Source: Pristiophorus japonicus
Lineage: Eukaryota
Reading direction: 5' to 3'
Length of the DNA: 64,000 bases
Assembly: GCF_044704955.1 (NCBI RefSeq)
Contig: NC_091999.1
Location: forward strand, 53,754,001 to 53,818,000
Part shown: positions 53,961 through 64,000 of the stretch, one piece after another
Position numbering within the stretch: the first letter of the stretch is position 1
Layout of the letters: every line of letters starts with the position of its first letter
Translations under genes and position numbers: made by a program
The notes under the pieces: model-generated
Databases searched by the model: none
Seen by the model: only the letters and a program-made list of their open reading frames with translations
Told to the model about the DNA's origin: nothing

Positions 53961-56559
53961 CTGAACTTAGCGTGTGCCCCATAGCATCTCTCTCACCTTC
54001 GATGTGTGAATAGAGCATCATGCCTGCAAACCTGGTTTTAATTTAAATTTGAATCCACTCAGGAAATGTATTTAACAAAAGACGAACAAGGAAACCGATT
54101 ACATCAATTAACAGGCAAAGCTTTAGAGTCACCAAGATGAAAAAGTAAACACATCACAGCCCAATAGTCCAGCTCAGTATTCACAGGAGAATGTCTGTTA
54201 TCTAACTGATCGTGTGGACAGAATATAGAAAGACCATAAGTCTAAGAATCTGTTGTAAATATCTTTCAAATCCTGACTGGTCCAATCTCTTGGTTTCCTT
54301 TCAATTGAAATGAATGGAAGATGAGAGGGGTTTAAGAGGAGGGGTAAGTGAGGGTGGAGAATAAGGGTGAAAGGAGTTGTGATGAAGATGGTTGGAGAGC
54401 ATAGGTGCAAGAGGAGCTGGGATGGGGGGTTTGGTGAATAGCAGTGTTTCAATTTCACTCAATAAAATATAATTACAGTCACCAATCCGAATTAAGTCAA
54501 AGCTTTCTGAACTTAGGCGTGAAAGGGCTAATTGGCACAGACCCAAAAAGTCAACAAATTGACTTGACGGATAGTAATTAATCAACATTTTGTTCAGTGG
54601 AACTGGGATCCGGAGATCTGTGGCCAATTAGTTTTACTTGGCCAGGCTATCAATCCAGGATGGAGAATCTCTGGGAGATGGACGACTAATCTCCTACCAG
54701 TATTTGAGCGATGGGTTTGTTGAGCATGGCTAAACTGACAGAGCGTGCCAGGGACAATGAACATGGGAAGCTGCTCCCTACCACTCACTTGCCATCATTC
54801 CTCGCGAGTCCACAAGGTGACTCGTACCGAAAGCGGTCGATTAGGTCCAGAGTCAAATTGACGAGGGCAAGTCCCAATTTGACAAAGGGAAGCATATATT
54901 GACTTATGCAACCCACCTCTGCGCACAGACTTGAGAAATTAAAAGGTGAGAGAGGAGAAGCATAAGGAACAGGTGAGACAGAGAGGGAAAAAGATCTAAG
55001 GTGCAAGTTAACCCAGCTGAGAACTCAACAAAGGAAAGAAAAAACAGAATTAGGGAATAAGTTGCTGAGATGACAATTTAAAAGGCGAAAAAAGGAAACT
55101 TAAAGTTGAAACCAACACAGAAGCTGTCAGTTTCTTTGCCGAGAAAAAGAAAGCACAAGATTACTGAGTGAAAGGAACCTTAAAGGATGCTGGAATTTCA
55201 GTTTGTGTGAATTGTGTTAGAGTGGAAGTTTTCCTGACCATGAATGTTTAAGAATTAACAGTATTTCTTTTGTCTGAAAGTCTGTCTTTGAAAAAAGCGT
55301 TTGTTACGTTTGTTTTAGCTTCACCCAATTTTCTCTGCATGGAGCTAAAAGCCGTTTAACCCTTTGTTGTCTTGGATGTTGGGAGTTTTAAGGAAGTGTG
55401 GATATGTTGAGTATGTTCATTTCAATTCAGATTGTGGAACTAGTAGCAGGGGATCTTTGTGATTTACATTTTGAAGTTAAAGACGGCGCTATGGATATAT
55501 TTTGACTGGGGCAAGCTGTGCAACTCTGAAAGCCAGACGAGTTTGTTTTACAAAAGATAAGCTTCAGCCTTGAAGTTATGGTTGCCAGATACTTGGTTTG
55601 AAATTTCCAAAGCACTTTGTTTTTTCACATTTAAATAAAATTAAATCAATGTTTGTCTACTCATATTCAGTATTTTTAGTCATTTGGAAAAGCACCTGAA
55701 TGTAACAATGATGTAATTTACTGTGTTCTGTAAGCATGTGCTATTTTGTTTTATTTTATCTGTTCTGTACTGTTTAGTTAATAAAATATTGTTCCGAATT
55801 AAATAGGAGCTATTGAAATTAACTAAGCTTTGTTTTATTCAAGGTTAATAATGATAGCTTTACTTATGATTTCTGCTGGTTTGATGGATTTTTAATTCCT
55901 AAGGAAGTTTTGAAGTTCCAAACTTAAAAAAAAGAACCAACTGTTGATTTAAAACGAACTTCTGTTTGTTCCCTTGAGTCGTAACGAATTCAGTCTTCTA
56001 TTTATAATCAATTTATTCTATACCTTCAGCATGAAAAGCAATTTAGAAGTGGAGTATAGTCACAGATGGAGCACGTGTAACCAGGCACGGGTATCTCCAC
56101 GCTAATGAACAAAGGAAAAAGCTTACATTTATCGACTGTTTTCTTATCAAACTGGAACCGGCTTTGCCAAATTTGGTCGTCTCTGGCTACTGCATAGTCC
56201 AGAGACACAAGTTTACATCAGCAACGCATTTAGAAGCATTGCGGCCTGGCTATGGTGATCATAAACCACTACTTCTGGACTTTTCTTATCCTAACAATAT
56301 TTCTAATGCATTCTATTATGAATATCGAAGCCTGGTTGGTCGCAAAACACCAGCTGTTGCTAAGTGAAATCTGTCTCTCTCTCTCCCTAATAATACGAAC
56401 CCCATTTTTCCCTCTATCGAATTAATTAAACATAAATCCCTTTCAGAAGCTGAATTAACCAGGGTCCACATGTCAATCAGTCCCGCAGGTTTTTTTATGG
56501 GTTACATTACCTGTTGACAAAGAGTTTTATATCCTTCTTTGTCTTTACTAATCCTGGTT

Positions 56560-57600
56560 TCCTCTCAGCGTCCTTCCCTTTCCTTATATTTTCAATTTCC
56601 CTTATTGACTTCCTTACAGCATAATGCAATGACCAGAATCCCTGAAGCTATTTTCCGTGCTATCACCAATCCCAGCTGGAACAATCTAACTAGATTCTAC
56701 TTTCCACCATTCCTGATTCGCAAGTCTCGGGATTGCCCGTTCTGTCTCTCTCTTCCTCTATATGATTTGCACTGTGTGTTTCTGGGATGTCCTAATTCGC
56801 TGAATTATGAACTTTAAAGCCAGAAACAGGGAGAATATAGTGTCCTATATGTGGAATGACTCGAATGGCTTTATCCTCCAGAGGCAGTCTCATCTGTAGA
56901 TAAGTTGCATTATGATGATGTACCAGAACCAACGTTTAGCACTGATACATGTGTTCCTCGGTGGAATCAAGCAAAAGTTATGTTCTAGTGTGGGGGAGCG
57001 GGTTGAACCCACAGTCATATACGTGACAGTAGTAGTCACACAATACTGTCCTTTTCCTTTATACACGGAATTAGTTTGGCCTTCGGCCCATTTACTTATT
57101 TCAATCTGGCATTCTGGAGATTCTTTGTCGAGGGTGAACCCACACGTTGGAACATCTACAAACCCATGTTGTCCCTTTCAGAGTACAACACTGCATATCT
57201 GGTGCTATCGAAGTTCCTCCCTTCTTAATCAGATATCTTGGATATTCTTCATACTGTTTATGGATCGGACCTAACTCTGTTTTCCACGCTTGCAAACGGT
57301 TCTACCCTATACACCGTCCAAGGTTCCGTTTCATTTCCATTTTTCCTTGGCAAAGGCAAGGCCAATCCCATTGGTCTAATACCTTCACTTCTTTCTCCAT
57401 CCCTCAGGACCAAAATCCCCATTCCTATTGGCTGCATCACATCAAAGCCTATGACTTGGTTCCCCTAAACCATGTTCTCAGTTGTTCTTCATGAATAAAC
57501 AAAGGGATTTGATTACTCTCTCTTGTCCAGTCCCTTCTGTACCACATTCATCATAAATGTCACAGAGGCTACACACAATACCACCAGTAAGCCACATCGT
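56560..57600 (-). pseudogene. Degraded retroviral env-like glycoprotein
   Basis: Stitched frames: ...WTVYRVEP / WKTELGPIHKQYEEYPRYL...CCTLKGTTWVCRC / ECQIEISKWAEGQTNSVYKGKGQYCVTT...HNFCLIP / RLANQEWWK. Cys-rich ectodomain followed by a WW motif. Confidence 0.5.
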
Positions 57601-59744
57601 GTTCCCATTCACTTTCTATATCTATTCTGTTTATTCCTGCTAACCTTGCTGTGGCTCCTATTCTGAGCTATCCTGTCAGATCTCACTTTCCTTGCGATTT
57701 AAACTGATTCTCCTTGTGTTCCCCATCTTCCTCATCCCTTGGTTCCTGCTTTTTACTCCTTACTAACACATCCTTTACTAATTCTCTTCCCATTTTGTCT
57801 ATTAATTGTGAATATCACCCTTCACATAATCTAGTTGATAGATTCAAGCTCATGTTTAAAACTTCTGATTTCAATTAACAATTTAAAAACACACATTGTT
57901 ATATAATACATTTCGTGATTCAGTTACTTCTAGTCCATTAGTTCTTTTACTGGATGGGACAGGTAGAGCTCTTTTTGTAAGGTGGAATGTCATTTTATTT
58001 AAGTCACACATATGATGATCACTTTCAGCCTTTGTACTTGGCAAACCAAACATTACTAATCAACATACGACATTTCTTACTTTAAAATAACCTGTCGTTA
58101 TTACCTTTTAAGTTTGTATTAAAGTATTTTATACTTATTACTTATTGTCCTGGTGTGCTACTAACTCTTTAAGGGAACACTATTAATTTAGTGTTTGGGG
58201 TCAGGATGTGTCCCAACCCACCTGGTTCAGGAAAGTTTTCCTGGTCTCCCAATCTTCCCAAGGAGCACGCTTTAGGGTTCTTTCTCTATTACCACCAAAA
58301 TTATGCTTTTGAGGGTCGAAATTTCGGTTTATCACGGATTCCAAAACTGACCCTTTTGAGGTGCTCTGCTTCCTCCTGGAGATCGCCTCTCACTTGGATC
58401 CATGTTTTGTGATGGAGCCTGTAAGATCTGGCCTCCTTATCTCCCACCTGCAGCTTGTAGCTGATCTGTACACAGCCATGGCCACCTTGTCCAGATAGAG
58501 ACATGCTGAATTTTTTTGTTTTTAGCCTCTCTACAAGCTTTCTTTGTTCAGTACTTAGTGGAGGCCTTGAAACTGTGACCATTCTAGCTGCAACGAAATC
58601 CTAATTTGATCAGCATTCTCACGACTATTAATTGTAATGTTTCTGACAGGTAGCAGTGTGTTTAACTCTATCCTGATTATTTAAAAGTCGGTTTATCTAT
58701 GGAGAATGTGTCATGGCCTTGATGGTTTAAAAATTCTCTCACACTCCTGAGCCACATTCGACATTTCATGTTGTGCTGTTGTCAATAACTGAGCATGCCT
58801 GAGACTCGTTCACACACACACACGCAGCGGTATCCCAATATCATGCCACATGTGACATCTGATCCAAGCCATTTGAGGTGATCTTATCAAAAGATCGTGG
58901 GGTGTCTGAAGATCTTTGCTCATCTCCCTCTCCATGGTTCCGATGTCTCAGGTAGTAGCCAGGCGATCAAATTCAGTTTTCTTATTGTTCAGTATAGGCA
59001 ATGACACAAACATGTCAGAGAAATATTAGCTATTTCCTACACTTCCCTGACTTAAACAAGAATTTACATTAACACCAGATTGTACGCAGGTGATTTATGA
59101 CAATTTGCCCAGGAACAATGAGTGAAGAAACATTTCTATTTGGAGGTGTAACTTTCCTGTTTTCCTCTTTTATCCTCACTCAATTCATCTCATTACATTT
59201 TATACAGTGTTCACCATTTTATTCATGATCCAGGAGGAACTTTACTTTCAAATACAATATTATCATACGGTCTTTAAACATCGATCAAACATTCCCACTT
59301 GGTCCAAGTTTTGACCCAGTTTCTTTGTTTAATTTTATGTAACCGAACCTCTTCTTGGACCTTTTATTCTCCAAAATATGCCAGAGAGCAATTCAGTCCA
59401 CAAGAGGAAGGATGTTAGTTACCTTTAGCATAACAGTCGCCCCCAAAAACTTATTTCTGAATACATAGTTTGGACAGAACCACAGAGACAGGACTTTTTC
59501 AAAAATAACATTTAATTATCTCAATTTTCAGCTACATTTTCCTTCCCATGTGTTTGACCAGCGACGCTTAGCAATATATATATATATATAAAATATATAT
59601 ATATATAAAATCAATTTTAATTTCACAAACAAATTATGCCCAGATTTTGTCATTTTACAAAGAAGACAAAAGTAACAATTGTGTTTGGATGCAAGTCATT
59701 TATCTTCCCCTTCGAGCAGTGTGTCCTGGACAATAGGATTACAT

Positions 59745-60320
59745 CGGATATACGACAAAGAAACAGGCCATTCGGCCCAACCAGTCCATGCCGGCGTTTA
59801 TGCTCCACTCGAGCCTGCTCCCTTCTTTCCTCATCTAACTATATCCACATAACCCTCTTTTCCCTTCTCCCTCATATACTGGTCTAGCCTCCCCTTTAAT
59901 GCATCGATACTATTCGCTTCAACCACTCCCTGTGGCAGCGAGTTCCACATTCTCACCACTCTCCGGGTAGAGGTTTCTTCTGAATTCTCTATTTGATTTT
60001 TTGGTGACTATCTTATGTTGGTGACCTCTAATTATGCTGGTCCCCACAAGTGGAAACACTGTGTCTACTCTATCAAAACCTTTCATCATTTTAAAGGCAC
60101 TAGGTCACCCCTCATCCTCCTTTTTTCAAGAGAAGAGCGACCCGGCCTGTCCATCCTTTCCCGATACGTATACGCTCGCCTTTCTGGTGTCATCCTTGTA
60201 AATCTTCTCTGCACCCTCTCCAGTGTCTCCATATCCTTTTTATAATATGGTGACCAGAATTGCACACACAAAGTCTAACCAAGTTTCGATACAAGTTTAG
60301 CATAACTTCACCACTTTTCC
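59745..60320 (-). mobile_element. CR1 LINE 3' fragment
   Basis: CVQFWSPYYKKDMETLERVQRRFTRM...RGDL; GGCCATTCGGCCC terminus. Confidence 0.88.
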
Positions 60321-61601
60321 ATTCTACATCAATTCAATTCTATAACAATCGATCCCAATAATTGAACTCAATACTTTAAATTCTTAAGTCCAGCTTTGTC
60401 AGCATGCTGCGACATTCGATGTCTGCAGATAACTGGAGATAATTTTGTTTTAACTGCTGAATCTTTTGCTATGCCATCAACCCATTATCCAACTGGAATT
60501 GGCATTGCCTAATATGGTAGTCTTTGGCTACGGCATAGTCCAGAGACACAAGTCTGCATTTTCTTCAATATACATCTACAACGTTAGAAGCAGGTAAAAC
60601 ACTGGTCTTCCTGTGGCAAGCACAAACCAATCGTCTCTGAACTCTTCGTATTCTAACATAATATTTCTAATCTAAACATTCGATGATGAAAATATCCACG
60701 GCCAGTTGGTTGCAAACACCAACTGTTGCTCAGTGAAATCTCTCTCTGATAACAACCACATTTTCCCAGATATGAAATGAACTAAACATGAACACCTTTC
60801 AGAAGCTGAATTAACTGAGTTTCCTATGCCAAACCCCTCTCATCTTCCATTCACTTCAACTGAAAGGAAAACGCCAGATTGCATCAGTCGGGATTGGAAA
60901 GATATTTACAACAGAAGCTAGATATTCTTAGAGTTAGCATTGTTCTCTATTCTGTCTACTCGAGGAGTTTGATAACAGACTTTCTCCTGTGAATGTAGAG
61001 CTGGAATATTGGGCCGGGATGCAGTTACATGTTCATCTAGTTGACTCAAAACATTTGCCAATTAATTCATGTGATCCGTATTTTCTTAAATACATTTCTT
61101 AAGTGGATTCAAATTTAAATTGAACACAGGTTTGCAGGCGTGATGCTCCAAACAGAGATCGAAGGGGAGAGAGAAGCTGTGGGGCACACGCTAAGTCCCG
61201 TATCTGAAAGTGATTCACTGACAGGGTTTTGTGTTTAGTGATCCCAGGCATGTTATCGACACCTTCCCTCATTACCAAGGGGAGGAGATGCACTCTGGAA
61301 GGTAAGGGGAACTGGCAATTGTCTACGACAGTAACCGAAGGGATGAGAACTGAAATAATCCAGAGTTAGAAAGGAGAAAAGGCCCCAAAATGGTGCAGTC
61401 AATAATAGGACATCAATTAGTCTCCTCTTAACTTGGAACATTAAATGTCGACACACTGTGTTATTGAAACATCAAATATTATATTCCAGCCCAGTTATCG
61501 GGCTTATCATCAGCAGAAACAAACTTCAACTGTCGGAATTGACACGATTCATTCGGGATGTGATTAACAGCAGCAATGATAGCAGAATCCAACCACTGCA
61601 G

Positions 61602-62192
61602 TCACTTGTGAACTCGCTGGTGTTTCACCAGGCTGGATGACACAGTGAATCCCTTCCCACATTCAGAGCAGGTGAATGGCCTCTCCCCAGTGTGAACTCG
61701 CTGGTGTGCCAGCAGGTCGGATGACTGAGTGAATCCTTTCCCACACTCAGAGCAGGTGAATGGCCTCTCCCCAGTGTGAACACGCTGGTGTCTCAGCAGG
61801 CTGGATGACATAGTGAATCCCTTCCCACATTCAGAGCAGGTGAACGGTCTCGCCCCAGTGTGAACGAGCTGGTGTTTCACCAGGCTGGATGAAACAGTGA
61901 ATCCCCTTCCACATTCAGAGCAGTTGAATGGCCTCTCCCTAGTGTGAACTCGCTGGTGTGCCAGCAGGTCGGATGACTGAGTGAATCCTTTCGCACATTC
62001 AGAGCAGGTGAATGGCCTCTCCCCAGTGTGAACACGCTGGTGTCTCAGCAGTTCGGATGATCGAGTGAATCGCTTCCCACACACGGGGCAGGTGAATGGC
62101 CTCTGCCCAGTGTGACTGTGTTGATGAATTTCCAGCGCAGACGGGTAGCTGAATCCCTTCCCACAGTCCCCACATTTCCATGATTTCTCCGT
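61602..62192 (-). CDS. C2H2 zinc-finger gene, copy 3 (seven intact fingers; the start codon is ACG where the paralogs have ATG)
   Basis: Open frame [14 protein letters not shown]...HK*; all C2H2 ligands intact; acceptor before 62554; may be a pseudogene. Confidence 0.65.
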   Translation of the reverse strand, partial: TEKSWKCGDCGKGFSYPSALEIHQHSHTGQRPFTCPVCGKRFTRSSELLRHQRVHTGERPFTCSECAKGFTQSSDLLAHQRVHTRERPFNCSECGRGFTVSSSLVKHQLVHTGARPFTCSECGKGFTMSSSLLRHQRVHTGERPFTCSECGKGFTQSSDLLAHQRVHTGERPFTCSECGKGFTVSSSLVKHQRVHK

Positions 62193-62689
62193 GGTGCGGG
62201 TGTGATTCCGTCTCTCCAGGTTGGATGATCAGTTGAAGCCTCCTCCACACACAACACGTTTACAGTTTCTCCCCGCTGTGAATGGTGTGATGATTTTTCA
62301 GGCTGTGTAACTGGTTAAAGCTCTTTCCACAATCAGTGCACTGATACACTCTCCCTCGGGTGTGTGTGTCTCAGTGCTTTTTCAGTCAAACTGATGTTTG
62401 TAATCTTTCCCCACAGACAGAACAAAAAAACATGTCTCCTTCCACATTCAAAGGACGATGATATTCAAGTCCTGATGATTCGAGTGACTCTATCTGATCT
62501 TGACGTGATGTTTAGTTTGAGTTTCCCTCCTTCAATTCCTCACCTTCTAACACCCTGCAAAAGGAGTTTACAAAAGTCATCACTGTAAGTGCAGGATCGA
62601 AATTCAGAAGAGACAATTCTAGTTTCTATGGAACATTCTTTCCTTCTGCTGTGTGGTTTTAAGTATTGATTTAATAAAAATAATAAAGA

Positions 62690-64000
62690 GGGAGGAGATA
62701 GATTGAGAGTAAACTGGCAAGAAATATAAATACCGTCAGAGCTTCTACAGCTGTATAAAAAGGAAGAGATTGCTAAAATAAATGTTGGTCCCTTAGAGGA
62801 TGAGACGGGGAATTAAAAATGGGAAATGGGGAAATGGCAGAGACTTTAAACAAATATTTTGTATGGTCTTCATAGTGGAAGACACTAAAAACATCCCAAT
62901 AATAATAGATAATCAAGGGGTCACAGGGAGCCAGTAACTTGAAACAATCATTATCACTAGAGAAAAAGTACTAGACAAACTATTGGGACTAAAGATGGAC
63001 GTCCCATGGACCTGATGGCTTGCATCCTAGGGTCTTAAAAGAAGTGGCTGCAGAGAAAGTGGATGGATTGGTTGTAATCTACCAAAATTCCCTGGATTCT
63101 GGCAAGGTCCCAGTGGATTGTAAAACCTCAAATGCAACACCACTGTTCAACAAGGGAGGGAGGGAGACAGAAAGCAGGAAACTATAGAGCAGTTAGCCTA
63201 ACATCTATCATTGGGAAAATGCTGGAGTCCATTACGAAGGAAATAGTAGCAGGACATTGAGAAAAGCATAATAGTCAAGCAGAGACGGCATGGTTTTGTG
63301 AAAGGGAAATCACGTTTGACAAATTTGCTGGAGTTCTTTGAGGATGTAACGAGCAGGGTGGACGAAGAGGAACCATCAGCAGTTGTGTCTTTGGATTTCC
63401 AGAAGGCATTCGATAAGGTGCCAGATAAAAGGTTACTGCACAATATAAGAGCTCACAGGGTTGGGGGTAAACTATTTTGCATAGATGTGGGATTGGCTAA
63501 CTAACAGAAAACAGAGAGTCGGGATTAAATGGGTCATTTTCAGGTTGGCAAACTGTAACTAGTGGGGTGCCACACGGATCAGTGCTGAGGCCTCAACTAT
63601 TTACAATCTATATTAATGACTTGGATGAAGGGACGGAGTGCACTGCGGCCAAATATGCTGCTGATACAAAGATAGGTGGGAAAACAAGTTGTGAGGAGGA
63701 CACAAAAAATCTGCAAAGGATTATAGACAGCCTCAGTGAGTGGGAAAAAATTTGGAAGATGGAATATAACGTGGGAAAATGTGAGGTTATGCACTTTGGT
63801 AGGAAGAATAAAAAAGCAAATTATATAAATGGCAACTACAAAATGCTGCGGTACAGAGGGATCTGGGTGTCCTTGTGCATGAAACACAAAAAGTTACCAT
63901 GCAGGTACAGCAAGTAATCAGGAAGGCAAATGGAATATTGGCCTTTATTGCAAGGGGAATGGAGTATAAAAGTAGAGAAGTCCTGCTACAACTGTACAGG
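62690..64000 (+). mobile_element. CR1 ORF2 (RT) fragment, continues beyond the window
   Basis: LTNLLEFFEDVT, LDFQKAFDKVP, PHGSVLRP, KYAADTK. Confidence 0.9.

Noticed and set aside
54330-56000. Possible ERV leader or gag start
   Set aside because: The composition is suggestive, but I could not identify a PBS, LTR edge or coding motif; left unannotated.

Overview
Eukaryotic genomic DNA, almost certainly from a cartilaginous fish (shark-type IgM, repeats and zinc-finger genes). (1) 1-16.1 kb is the 3' part of one shark IgM heavy-chain cluster on +: a D segment, a J segment, Cmu1-4 with secretory tail, TM1 and TM2, all with intact splice sites and frames. V lies upstream of the window. There is only one D (12/22-RSS) here, and J carries a 12-bp-spacer RSS instead of the usual 22/23. 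(2) 17-19.5 kb is a CpG-island promoter between two motif-laden minisatellites. (3) 19.6-26.1 kb is a decayed class III (ERV-S/L-like) endogenous retrovirus with a tRNA-Ser PBS, an internally deleted env, mismatched flanks, and a 183-bp antisense copy of its own gag inside the 5' LTR. (4) 26-35 kb holds a Gypsy fragment, minisatellites, CR1/SINE debris and a C2H2 zinc-finger copy. (5) 35.5-46.3 kb holds two young head-to-tail Tx1-clade LINEs, one intact and one ORF2-deleted, bounded by three identical 15-bp target-site copies in the 3' tail of a CR1-type element; this is a candidate new site-specific retrotransposon family. (6) 46-64 kb holds a second promoter, RTE and CR1 elements, two more ZNF copies in inverted orientation, and a degraded env-like remnant. 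All calls come from reading the sequence; no searches were run, and identity figures are visual estimates.
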